A stretch of DNA of 64,000 nucleotides, from positions 41,939 to 105,938 of the forward strand of contig CAWDDW010000001.1 in the NCBI GenBank assembly GCA_963801185.1, read 5' to 3'. A program made the translations under genes and the position numbers. This document shows, piece by piece, positions 49,406-58,845 of this stretch. Numbering within the stretch: the stretch's first letter is position 1; every line of letters begins with the position of its first letter. Origin of the DNA: an uncultured Acidimicrobiaceae bacterium (GTDB taxonomy: Bacteria; Actinomycetota; Acidimicrobiia; Acidimicrobiales; Bog-793). Below the pieces are notes generated by a model. The model was not told the origin of the DNA, ran no database searches, and worked only from the letters and a program-made list of their open reading frames with translations.

Positions 49406-51018
49406 GACCTGAACACGCTGGCAGGTTCGCCGTGCGCGCCTTGAGCCAGGGACTCATGGCGCATCGCCGATGCATCCTCGGTTGGCCGACCCAAACTCTC
49501 GTCGTCCCTGTCCGCTCCGACGACCAGAACCGAGTCGAGCTGACAACCCGCGGCGCGGATCATCTCCGCCGCAGCGCGCAACTTGACGGCGTTCGATCGT
49601 CCCGTCGACACGACCAGGACGACCTCGCTCGCCCAAGCAGCGAGTTGCGCGGCTCCGAGGGCCGGGTCGAGCGTTGCCAACACGAGTACAAGCTCCACCG
49701 AGCGTGACATCTTGTTCGGTCCGTCGCCGAACGGCGAGTCAAATGGTAAGCCGGCGGCGGTCTTTCCGTCCGCCGAATCCAACAGAGACTCATCAGGGGC
49801 AACCAACACCGAAATCGGCGTAACCGAACGCGGTCCTCTTTCGCCAACGGCTCGGCTTGGAGCATCACGGAGCAAGCGGGCGAGCAGGGCACCCTCAGAG
49901 AGGTCGATCACTCCTACGTGTGTACCCTCGTCCGCCAACCTACTGGCGAGGTATCCGACGAACACCGCTGAGGCCTCTAGGCTGTCGACCGCGACGACAC
50001 CCAACGTCATCCGCCCGCCGGCCGGGCTCAGCTTCTTACGTAAGAATCCCGCCGATAACCGGACAGCTCTGTCGGGCTTGCGAAGTTGCCGCCGAAGCCG
50101 ACGAAGACGCAGCCATCTTGGATTCCTGAATCGATGCACGCTGAGCTCGACAGGGGAATCGAGAACCGTCGCGAACTCTTCGCGCCGACGGACGCGATCT
50201 GACGTGATCGTGGAGACAGCCACCCAACCGAGCCCGAGAATCCAGCCGCCCAGGAGTCCGATGGCTCCGTCCTTCGCAAATGGCTTGAGGTGCGAGTGCG
50301 GGGCAAGCAGGCCCGGCTGCAGGATGGTGCTACCCGCATTGACAGATGCCGCCGAAGAGGCGTTTTGCTGGATCGTCTGGGCCAGCGCGGCCAGCTGGTT
50401 GCTCTCTGCGGCGAGTTCTGCTGCGAGCTCCACCCCCGATGAGGAGCCACGAACTGGACCTGCAGCGGCGATCTCCTTCCGCAAGGTGTCGATCTGCGAC
50501 TGCAGCCCAGCCTCAGCGGCCTGGATCGACCTAGTCACGGCATCGGTCTGCCGCTCGAGCTGATGAGCGCGGACCAGGAGGAAGGCGGTCGCGACAGCGT
50601 TTACCTTGCGCACCGCGCCAGTTGCTGACGGCGCAGTGGCCTTGATTTGAAGCAACTCACTACTCAGCGAGAGCCCGCTGTACTGCGACAGCAGCTGCGC
50701 TGCCGTCTCGTGCCCACCAAGTTGGCGGACGGCCTGATCGGCGACGGCCTCGGTCTGGAGGAGCGTGACATCGTTGAGCATGGCGTCGACCGGGTTTAAC
50801 GCAGGGTTGTGGCTCAAGTACAGCAGGGTCGTAGCCGAGTATCCGAGCGGCACAGCTATCGGTAGCGCTAGACCAACGGCGAGACCGACCGCGGCCGTGA
50901 GGAGCCATAAGCGGCGTCTTCGCCGCAGCTCGCGCACGATTGCCCGGATGCTGATGAGACCCTCCGTGAGCACTGCAGGGGCTTGTGACTCGTCCGAGTC
51001 GCCCTCACCGCGCTGCAT
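49402..51018 (-). CDS. Polysaccharide co-polymerase (Wzz/PCP)-like protein with a degenerate BY-kinase-like C-terminal domain
   Basis: The Wzz-type N-terminus reads 'IRAIVRELRRRRRLWLLTAAVGLAVGLALPIAV'. A coiled-coil periplasmic segment and a second TM 'GAIGLLGGWILGLGWVAVSTI' follow. The C-terminal P-loop-NTPase-like fold ('LGVVAVDSLEASAVFVGYLA..VGVIDLS..LVLVLATLDP..VVLVVSTGRS') lacks GxxxxGK[ST]. I chose ATG 51018. Confidence 0.6.
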   Translation of the reverse strand: MQRGEGDSDESQAPAVLTEGLISIRAIVRELRRRRRLWLLTAAVGLAVGLALPIAVPLGYSATTLLYLSHNPALNPVDAMLNDVTLLQTEAVADQAVRQLGGHETAAQLLSQYSGLSLSSELLQIKATAPSATGAVRKVNAVATAFLLVRAHQLERQTDAVTRSIQAAEAGLQSQIDTLRKEIAAAGPVRGSSSGVELAAELAAESNQLAALAQTIQQNASSAASVNAGSTILQPGLLAPHSHLKPFAKDGAIGLLGGWILGLGWVAVSTITSDRVRRREEFATVLDSPVELSVHRFRNPRWLRLRRLRRQLRKPDRAVRLSAGFLRKKLSPAGGRMTLGVVAVDSLEASAVFVGYLASRLADEGTHVGVIDLSEGALLARLLRDAPSRAVGERGPRSVTPISVLVAPDESLLDSADGKTAAGLPFDSPFGDGPNKMSRSVELVLVLATLDPALGAAQLAAWASEVVLVVSTGRSNAVKLRAAAEMIRAAGCQLDSVLVVGADRDDESLGRPTEDASAMRHESLAQGAHGEPASVFRS

Positions 51019-52089
51019 GTGCTTAGAAGAATTGCCACTCAAGTGTTGCCCCACTTCGGGTCGAGACGCATGACGAGGACTGCAAATTACCGCTCGGATG
51101 CAGGAGCATCGTATCGGGTCCGCCACTTGGACGAGAAGCTCGCCAAGATCGTGCAACGCGCGCTGGCACCGAGTGCCAAGTCTCGCCGACAGCGCGTCGG
51201 GCAGGCTCAAACGATAGGCGAAGCTCCCATGGGCGTGCAGCCCGACGTGGGGGGCCACGTCGCGTCATCTGCCCCACCTTTACGCAAACCGCGCCGGTAA
51301 TCTTCCTCTTGGCGTGCTCTCCCAGTTCTGTAACTGCCGACCCTGAACACCGTCAGCTCCTTACGAGGAGGTGGTGTTATCTCGTCTTTTCTCGGCGCAG
51401 TTCATGTGGCTGGGCGAATGATCAGGGTTATGATGCCGACGTCGAGGCACCTATCGGAAAGATCATCAAGTGCGAGGCGACCCGGAGCACGACAACCCAG
51501 CCGCAACCCACGACCATGCGTCTGGGACACGCGCGGTAGTGGGGCCCGACCGATCAGGTGCCCGCGAGTGGAAGCGCTTACACACCACCTCAACGCGGTG
51601 CTTGGCAATGCGTCGACGGGCTCGCATACACGAACTATTAGAACCTCTTCCCTCGGTTCATGTCGTTCGCGTTGTACGCATGCGATTCCTCGCAGTCGAA
51701 GAGGAGTGTCTCTATCCCTTTATTTTCAACAGCGGTACTTTTCTCTCCGAAGTGCCATCGGTACTCTTCTTGCTTGCCTCCTTCTTAGCTGATCTCTACC
51801 CGGACTCGACCGCCGCCAGGCGCGATCCTCGTCGCCGTCTGGGCTGCCTGCGATGGGCGAAGCACCGCGATGTGTCCGAGGGTACCCCGATGCACTCAAT
51901 CGAGTGCTCGTTGATGCCTGCGAGGCAATCGGGCGTCTCTCGATCGATTCGCCCTCTCTCGGCCCATGTCCCATCTTCGACGCGACGATCATTCGGCTGT
52001 CGGCTGTGAGGCACGAACCGGGGGGGGCGTCGAGTCGAAGGAAGCGACGCGGCAGGATTGAGTTCGGCAACGTCGGGGGTTTGCTCGGA

Positions 52090-53382
52090 ATGACCCCAGA
52101 TGCCACTCGGCGGGCTGGCATCACAATGGCGGACCAATGTGTCGCATCGGCGTCCAACTTTGTGGTCGGCGTGTTTGTTGCCCGCATCGCTGGAGCTGCC
52201 GGGCTCGGCGCCTTCTCGCTCGCCTACGCCTGCTGGATCCTGATGACCAACGTGCACCGATCGCTCATCACCGATCCAATGGCAATCACCAATGACGCTC
52301 GGAAGCAGGAGAGGGAAACTACGCTCAGGCGGGGATTCGCGGCGGAGATAGTTCTTGGCCTTGCCGCGACCGTCGTGTTCGCGATTGCAGGCGCCTTCTT
52401 GTACTTCCTTGGGCAACGCACGTTCGGGGTTGCGATGCTGGCGATGGCGCCGTGGATCGCCTGCCTTGACCTGCAGGACTATTGGCGGTGGATCGGTTTC
52501 ATGCAGGGAACGCCCACCAAGTCGCTTCTCAATGACACAGTCTTCGATTGTGCGCAGGCCATAGCGTTCGCCGCGGTGTTCGTGACTGGCTCTCAGTCGG
52601 TGTTTGCGGTGGTTTCCGCATGGGGTTTTGCGGCGATGGTTGCCACGGTCTACGGCCTGCGACAGTTTGGGGTCCGGCCGAGCCTCAAGGGCGGTCTGTC
52701 GCTGCTGAGAGAGCGGTGGCACATGAGCAAGTGGCTGGCGGGATCAGCCTTGACGGGTTGGGGCGGGTCGCAACTTTATCTCGTCGTCGTCGCAGCGATT
52801 CTGGGGCCGGCAGCTCTTGGCGGTCTGAAGGCAGCACAGAACCTTGTGAGCGGGCCAACCTCGGTCGTCATTCATGCAGGCGGAAGCTTCGGGCTCCCCG
52901 AGGCCGCGCGTGCTCTCGAAGACCGAGGATGGCCGGGTCTACGACGGGTCTCCTGGCTGATCTCAGGCGCAGGCCTCATGAGTATCGGCGTATTCGGGAC
53001 CATCGTCCTCTTCGCTGGCAGAACCCTGCTCGGTGTGATCTACGGTCCGTCCTTCGCACAGTACGAGCCCGCAGCGCAGCTGTTTGCAGCGGCGTTCGTG
53101 ATCACCGGGTTCGGACTTGGGCCTATTCTCGTGTTGAAGGCGACGAAGCGGACCCGGGCACTGATGCACTGGAACGTTGCCACCCTGATTGTTACGTCCC
53201 CGTTGGTGGCGATTTTCGCGATCGCCTGGCAGGTTACCGGAGCGGCTGCCGGACTAGTCGTCAGCGGGCTCTTCTCCCTTGCCCTTCTGCTCTACTACCA
53301 GAGATCCGCCCGCAAGGTGGCGCAAGAGACACCAACCTACCCTGTCACGGGCGCTGACTCAGTCACAGAAATTCGGTCGTAG
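52090..53382 (+). CDS. Wzx-type oligosaccharide flippase (polysaccharide biosynthesis protein, MOP superfamily)
   Basis: About 12 TM helices. The N-terminus 'ADQCVASASNFVVGVFVARIAGAAGLGAFSLAYACW' and 'RERWHMSKWLAGSALTGWGGSQLYLVVVAAILGPAALGGLKAAQNL' are typical of the family. I chose ATG 52090. Confidence 0.72.
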   Translation: MTPDATRRAGITMADQCVASASNFVVGVFVARIAGAAGLGAFSLAYACWILMTNVHRSLITDPMAITNDARKQERETTLRRGFAAEIVLGLAATVVFAIAGAFLYFLGQRTFGVAMLAMAPWIACLDLQDYWRWIGFMQGTPTKSLLNDTVFDCAQAIAFAAVFVTGSQSVFAVVSAWGFAAMVATVYGLRQFGVRPSLKGGLSLLRERWHMSKWLAGSALTGWGGSQLYLVVVAAILGPAALGGLKAAQNLVSGPTSVVIHAGGSFGLPEAARALEDRGWPGLRRVSWLISGAGLMSIGVFGTIVLFAGRTLLGVIYGPSFAQYEPAAQLFAAAFVITGFGLGPILVLKATKRTRALMHWNVATLIVTSPLVAIFAIAWQVTGAAAGLVVSGLFSLALLLYYQRSARKVAQETPTYPVTGADSVTEIRS

Positions 53383-53651
53383 CGCAACCCGCTCGTCACC
53401 ATGGAGACGAGGAGACCCGTTCGTCCTCTTGCTTGAACGACCCACGGAACAGGGCAGGTTCATGTAGGGCGCCACTCCTGGAGCTACCGGCGTTCGGACA
53501 ACCGACGCGGCTGAAGGTGGAACAGAGTGTGAACCGCCCCGATCCGTCTGGACACCCGGACCGTCATGCCCCGAGTATGCTCCGCTGTGCCCCTTGTTCA
53601 CGGTGGGCGTCCTCTGGCGCGTGATCCCGCACCCGAAGTCTGGGAGAACCT

Positions 53652-54842
53652 GTGAGCTCATCTGACAACATCGCTATCCTCCTTTGTCGGAACTGCGAGC
53701 CTGGAGCCGGCTCGGAAGGTGGCGTCGGTTGGCTGTGGGCGAAGGCAGCTACCGAGGTGGCGAGTGTGATTCTGGTGACCCACGCAAATCAGAGGAGCAA
53801 GCTAGACCCGGCTATCGCTGAACTCGGATTGAACATCACTGTGGAATACGTGGAAGACACGCGAGTCGCTCGCGCATTAGGGCGGGGCAATCACCTCGGT
53901 GCAATTGCTTATATTATTTGGCAGGCGCGATCTGGTGCCGTAGTACGGCGTTATGAGCGGTCACACAAGGTGGGAGTGGTTCACCACCTGACTTGGGCCT
54001 CGGACTCGCTACCCTCGGCGCTGTTGGCCTCGAGGGCTCCAATCAGAGTCTGGGGACCGGTCGGCGGCTCAACGAGGACGCCCTTCAGCCTCTACCGCTA
54101 CCTCAGCCTGCGGGGAAAGGTTAGCGAAGTGTCTCGTGACGTCGTCAACGGAACGATGCGCCTTGTCTGGGGCACGCTACTTGACCGCCACGCGACGCTC
54201 GTTGTCGCTCTCAATCATGATGTCGTCGCCCGCTGGAAGGGTGGCCCGACGCCTGTCGTAGTGGCATCTAACACTGCGTTGGAATCCTCCGAACTCGCCT
54301 CCGAAAGCGCAGGCGTGCCAGCATTTGCTCCAGATCGCCGCCGCACGGCGCTATTCGTCGGCCGGTTGATCCCGTGGAAGGGACTCCTTCTAGCGCTGGA
54401 AAGCCTGCGATACGCGCCAGACTGGCACCTCGTGGTCTTCGGCGATGGCTACGAGAGAGCAACGGCGACGGCGAGAGCGCATCGAATGGGTGTCTTGGAC
54501 CGGGTCGACTTTCGGGGCCAAGTCGAGCGTTGCGAGGTCATGTCCGCCTTTCGTGATGCGGACGCGCTCCTGTTCCCTAGCTTCCACGATTCCTCGCCGT
54601 GGACGGTCGGCGAAGCTTCCGCGCTCGGGTGTCCGGTCATCTGTTTGGACATGGGAGGACCACCCCTTCAGGCGGGGCCTAACGGCTACGTGGTGCCCGC
54701 CAAGCCAGGGGCGACGCTCGCCCGGCGGATTGGCCAGCGCCTTCAGAGCCTTGACGGCCGCGGCCAGCCACACGACTCGCTGACCGCCGAGCGGTTGCCT
54801 GACCTTCTCCAGTCTTGGTACAGCGGGTTGCACGGTGACTAA
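53652..54842 (+). CDS. Glycosyltransferase (GT4-like, GT-B fold)
   Basis: 'RRTALFVGRLIPWKGLLLALESL', '..LVVFGDGYER', and 'ADALLFPSFHDSSPWTVGEASALGCPVICLDMGGP'. GTG start preceded by 'gggaga'. Confidence 0.7.
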   Translation: MSSSDNIAILLCRNCEPGAGSEGGVGWLWAKAATEVASVILVTHANQRSKLDPAIAELGLNITVEYVEDTRVARALGRGNHLGAIAYIIWQARSGAVVRRYERSHKVGVVHHLTWASDSLPSALLASRAPIRVWGPVGGSTRTPFSLYRYLSLRGKVSEVSRDVVNGTMRLVWGTLLDRHATLVVALNHDVVARWKGGPTPVVVASNTALESSELASESAGVPAFAPDRRRTALFVGRLIPWKGLLLALESLRYAPDWHLVVFGDGYERATATARAHRMGVLDRVDFRGQVERCEVMSAFRDADALLFPSFHDSSPWTVGEASALGCPVICLDMGGPPLQAGPNGYVVPAKPGATLARRIGQRLQSLDGRGQPHDSLTAERLPDLLQSWYSGLHGD

Positions 54843-55280
54843 GAGATGTCACCTTTGCATGGCAAGGTCAGGCCCTACGCATCAGCACTAGCGACGAGGC
54901 ACGGTCGCAGGAGCATGCGGAGGTGACCCCCTAGAGCGAGATTCCGACTCTGAGGCCGTGCGCTATCGTCGTCCACCGCGACGGGTGCTCGTCGCCCTAC
55001 TCAGCGACCACCGTACGGGCAGCCTGCTCTCACACAAGGGCGGGAGCGGCGAGGGATCCGGGGCCGATTCAATCGTTATATTGTTGAGCCAATGCAGTAT
55101 TCGCTGTCTTTGCCTGGTGCCCATGCCATGAATTGGATCACGGCGATCTCGAGCGACCCACACCGACCTTGCAAGGAATCGTCAAACACGGCGATGCTGC
55201 CGACGACGCGACGAACGGCAGCGTCGATCTCCGGTTGACGCTGCCGGCGGCCGAGACCTTGACCCAAGAAGAGGCGGAGC

Positions 55281-56903
55281 GTGCAAGAGCAAGTTGTAAG
55301 CCTAAAAAACGTTATTCGAATAATCCGCCGGCGGCCACGGATTCTCGTGGCTCTCTCGCTTGTTGGTTGCATGGTCGGTCTGGGGTACGTGCTGCTCGTG
55401 CCCGCGATGTCGTCTGCTACCTCGCTAGTTCTTCTGTCGCCGTCCGGCACAACAATCACGGGTCAACCCACCCAAGACGTGAACACCGACGTCGAGGTTG
55501 TCCTCAGCGAGGCCGTGCTTGGCCCCGCCGCGCGGGCCGCAGGCATCACACAGAGCTACGCCGAGCTGCAACACCAGATCTCCGCGGTAGCTGTAACACC
55601 TGACCTACTCCAGATTACGGCGCTGGCGAAGACACCTCACCAGGCGGAAGCAGTCGCCAACCATGTGGCCGAGAGCTTTGTCCAATATTCAGCTGGCTCC
55701 GCCGTGCTGGCTAACGACGTGGTCTTGGGGCTGGAGAGGGAAGCCTCTGATCTCCAGCACGAGGTCAACGCCACCGAGGCTGAGATCAAGACAACCACGG
55801 CTCGTTTACAGAAGGAAGGGCCGACGTCGTCACAGGGGCAAAGTGATACCAAGCTGCTCAGTGACCTGAGCGGAGCAGCTCAGAGCTACCAGCTGCAGCT
55901 GGACGTCGTCCAGAACGAGATTGCGCAGGACAAGCTGGACAGCGGGAGCGTAGGCGCGACCTCCCAGGTGCTCGAAGCCGCCAACATCGCGACTAGTCCA
56001 TCGCGCCTTCGGATGCCCGAGTACATCGCCCTCGGCATCCTCGGCGGCCTGCTAGTTGGCGCCTTCCTCTCATACGCAACCGGACGCCGTGATCGACGGC
56101 TTCGTAGCCGTGAAGGCATCGCTGCAGCCACGGGGGCCTACGTGTTGCAGTCACTACCGTCTGTACGCCGAAGGAAGGCAGATGACTGGCTCGCGATGTT
56201 CGAGGAGTGGGTGCCCAGTGTCTCCGAAAGGGCTCGGCTCCGCCGATTGCTTGGGGCACTTGGCTTCTCGTTGACTGACGCGCCATTCCAGCACGCCTTG
56301 CCCTCCGCGTCGGGCAGCGAACCATCTCAGGAACTCTTGTCGTGGTCAATTGGCGGGTCGGACATCGATATCATAGTGGTCGCGCTAGCAGGCGATCGGG
56401 CCTCTCTCGGCGTTGCCCCGGAGATCGCCATCTTCGTTGCACTTCAGGGTGTTCCCGTTGAATTCGTGGTCGCGAGCGAAGACGATTCGGTAGAGGCGAT
56501 GAGGTTGGCGTGCGCGGCGCGTGTTCGCAAGCAAGAAGGGCCACGGGAGAGGTTGATCACTCGCGACGCTCCGGCCGATTCCGATCTCGGCAGGCGGACG
56601 ATCGTGACGCTCGTGGTGATTGATCCGTTGAAGGTCGACCGCGCGGATTGGAACAACAGCGGGCCAAACCACGGGACCAGGGCGAATGAGACCGTGTTGG
56701 CTGTGTCGGCTGGCTACGCTCTGCCGGATGAGCTTGCTGGTGTAGCCGAGGTTCTCCTGGGTTATCACTATCCAATCAGCGGCATCGTGGTCGTGGATCC
56801 CGACCCAGCCGACGAGACCACAGGCGGAGCGCCTGAGAGCAGGGCCCGTCATGCTCGAGGCATGGGTATTCCGGAGGAATCGCCCGATAGGCTGCTCGAC
56901 TGA
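55281..56903 (+). CDS. Second PCP/Wzz-like protein with a degenerate kinase-like C-terminal domain (paralogue of 49402..51018)
   Basis: 'LKNVIRIIRRRPRILVALSLVGCMVGLGYVLLVP', a coiled-coil segment ('LQHEVNATEAEIKTTTARLQKE'), and a second TM 'YIALGILGGLLVGAFLSY'. The C-terminal domain ('IDIIVVALAGDRASLGVAPEIAIFVA..IVTLVVIDP..TVLAVSAGY..') has no Walker A lysine. Confidence 0.6.
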   Translation: MQEQVVSLKNVIRIIRRRPRILVALSLVGCMVGLGYVLLVPAMSSATSLVLLSPSGTTITGQPTQDVNTDVEVVLSEAVLGPAARAAGITQSYAELQHQISAVAVTPDLLQITALAKTPHQAEAVANHVAESFVQYSAGSAVLANDVVLGLEREASDLQHEVNATEAEIKTTTARLQKEGPTSSQGQSDTKLLSDLSGAAQSYQLQLDVVQNEIAQDKLDSGSVGATSQVLEAANIATSPSRLRMPEYIALGILGGLLVGAFLSYATGRRDRRLRSREGIAAATGAYVLQSLPSVRRRKADDWLAMFEEWVPSVSERARLRRLLGALGFSLTDAPFQHALPSASGSEPSQELLSWSIGGSDIDIIVVALAGDRASLGVAPEIAIFVALQGVPVEFVVASEDDSVEAMRLACAARVRKQEGPRERLITRDAPADSDLGRRTIVTLVVIDPLKVDRADWNNSGPNHGTRANETVLAVSAGYALPDELAGVAEVLLGYHYPISGIVVVDPDPADETTGGAPESRARHARGMGIPEESPDRLLD

Positions 56904-57095
56904 GTCGACCGATATCACGGAGCCGCAACGCGTGTCACTGCTTTCGACCGGCGTCTTACACTCGCTTACGTTATGGTCGCCGCTTCAACGCGGATAGCGC
57001 TCAAACATCCGCGCGTCGTCTACGTAAAGCCAGTGCTCGCGGTGCAGGAATGCCAGTAGCGCTTGCTCGTGCCAGCCCGATACCATTGCGGGCTG

Positions 57096-57953
57096 ATGGC
57101 AGATCAGCCGCCCTCTCGGCCCCTCGAGACCACTGTGGCCGGTCTCGAATCGCGTGCTCGGACCGTTCTACCAACGAGTGACTCGTTCGTGGTGGGTGCG
57201 TCGTTGCCGCGAGACGACTCCTCGTTCAAGGAGCGCTATCGACGAATCAACGACTCACGAGGCGGCGGGTTCCTCTACTCGAGAGTTGTCAGCGAACGCG
57301 GCGGAATGATCATCGCCGCGATCAGTGAACCGTTGGGTGTGCACCCCACGGTGCTGACCTTCGCGAATCTAGTCTTCGGCGTGACAGGCAGTCTGGTGGT
57401 GACGCTGGGGGCCGGCGCACGTGCCATCTCCGTCACTGGATTTGTCGGACTCGTCCTTTGGCAGCTTGCCTACTGCTTCGACTGCGCGGACGGCCAGCTC
57501 GCGCGGGCGACCGGCAAGACAACGCCAGGTGGTGCCGTCTTGGACCCACTCATCGACGAAGTGGTTCAAACGTCTGTACTCGTTGCCTTGATCAGCGTCA
57601 TTGTTCATTTCAGTCATCCACCAATATGGGTAGTGGTCGTTATCGTAGCGGCATGGTGGATCAACTTCTTCATCTTCCTTCTCAAGACGAACGACGAAAG
57701 TGCGGTACCTTCCCTGCTTCCATCACTCTCCTTTGCCATCCAAAGCGTCAAGCTAATCCGCGATTATGGCTTCCTAGCTCTGGTACTCGGTGCATGGGTG
57801 ACGTTTGTTCCGAAAACGCTTATCTACCCGGTTGTGGCTATCACGGCCATTAACGTGCTACTGTCAGGTGGAACCATGGTGAAGGCAGCTCAAATGAGCT
57901 TTCGAGCGACGGCCAATTATCCCCGCAGCAGTGCCAAAGAACGGGTGCCGTGA
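57096..57953 (+). CDS. CDP-alcohol phosphatidyltransferase-family membrane protein
   Basis: Signature D-x2-D-G-x2-A-R...G-x3-D-x3-D is present as 'CFDCADGQLARATGKTTPGGAVLDPLIDEV'. Several TM helices. I chose ATG 57096. Confidence 0.8.
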   Translation: MADQPPSRPLETTVAGLESRARTVLPTSDSFVVGASLPRDDSSFKERYRRINDSRGGGFLYSRVVSERGGMIIAAISEPLGVHPTVLTFANLVFGVTGSLVVTLGAGARAISVTGFVGLVLWQLAYCFDCADGQLARATGKTTPGGAVLDPLIDEVVQTSVLVALISVIVHFSHPPIWVVVVIVAAWWINFFIFLLKTNDESAVPSLLPSLSFAIQSVKLIRDYGFLALVLGAWVTFVPKTLIYPVVAITAINVLLSGGTMVKAAQMSFRATANYPRSSAKERVP

Positions 57954-58193
57954 ATCACCCTGTCCTCGGCGTCGCCGTCCGCCCACATCGTCGGTCTTTC
58001 GCGACGGGGGAGGGAGATCGAGCTAGGGCTGAAATCGATGATCTTGATGGCCACGCCTACGGAAGGCTACGTAAATGGTGATTCAACCTACGATGACTAA
58101 CTTCAAAGTCGATGTGACGATTCTGAGTTCGCAGAAGGGCTTAGGTCTTCCACCGAGACTATCGTTGGTGTTGGCGAATCCCCCCATGCAGTC

Positions 58194-58589
58194 TTGAATA
58201 ACGCGGAGCGCGATCCCGTGATGCTGGCGGACTCTTCCCGTTGTGAAGAAGGTGACTATCTGTTTAAGTTCGAGGACGAGAAGTTGCTAATGTATGGTAA
58301 GGATCTTCGCGGAGCTGATATATCGGGGGAGTACGTCGGGATAGCGATGATTAGGCGAGAGTTTCAAAATATCTTTCTTGGTAAACTCCAGTCGCTTATT
58401 GATGCGCAGCAGCATTCGCTATGGTGGGAGGATGTTCTCTACTCGCTGATAGCCGAAGAACGAGACGTGTATGTGAAGGATATAACAGGTTTATTTTGGT
58501 CGGAAATAGACTTTATCGAAGACTACAGGAGGATTACTGAATACAGGCATGAGAGCGGTGCCTCACGAGCTTCACGTGTCGGTCCGTAG
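58194..58589 (+). pseudogene. C-terminal fragment of a LicC-like nucleotidyl(cytidylyl)transferase; N-terminal Rossmann/G-x-G-x-R-L part is absent
   Basis: The 131-aa ORF (TTG start in the track) aligns by eye only to the C-terminal half of LicC-type enzymes: 'GEYVGIAMI..', '..HSLWWEDVLYSLIAEERDVYVKDITGLFWSEIDFIEDYRRI'. The frame upstream is closed by TAA at 58098-58100, and no GxGxRL motif is encoded in 57954-58193. The segment is low in GC (26/60 at 58261-58320). Confidence 0.5.
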
Positions 58590-58845
58590 CGATGCCAAGA
58601 TGTTCCAAGGCCGCGCATGGCCGACGGTAGCGCTGGAGTGGCCGGGATCGTGGTCGATAGATAGAGACGTGCCTAGACTGAATGAGCGCGTCCGGGTGGA
58701 CCGGTGCGTGGGACCAGACGAGCGGTGAGGGAGTTTTCGCCGACTGACGGGTGAGGGAGTGCGGGTGAGTGAACTAGAGACGGCCTCGAGTAATGGACGA
58801 GGTGATCTCCGGCGCTTCCTTAGGGAGACGGCGGGGCACGTGAGT

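Noticed and set aside
49759-49767. 'DGKT' in the first PCP-like protein considered as a Walker A remnant
   Set aside because: It lies ~70 residues downstream of the strand where a P-loop should sit ('LGVVAVDSLEAS'). It also lacks the preceding G-x4 spacing, so it is a chance tripeptide.
54963-55459. Minus- and plus-strand ORFs in the 440-bp spacer upstream of the second PCP-like gene (54963..55163, 55076..55459, 55133..55603)
   Set aside because: They have no family features, overlap each other and the PCP start, and show junk-like composition. I treated the region as non-coding or regulatory.
56975-57000. A sequence resembling the ISL3 terminal repeat. The reverse complement 'agcgctatccgcgttgaagcggcga' compares with 'ggcgcttcgcgttgaagtgggga'.
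   Set aside because: The shared 'cgcgttgaag' 10-mer plus flanking matches require a 2-nt gap. A 10-mer match somewhere in 2 x 64 kb is not very improbable. No partner repeat or transposase relic was seen. It could be a solo-IR relic at a cassette junction, but that is unsupported.
56985-57086. A 33-codon minus-strand ORF ('MVSGWHEQALLAFLHREHWLYVDDARMFERYPR')
   Set aside because: It could be the tail of a decayed gene in the low-GC patch. However, it is too short, lacks a recognisable motif, and has no convincing ribosome-binding site.
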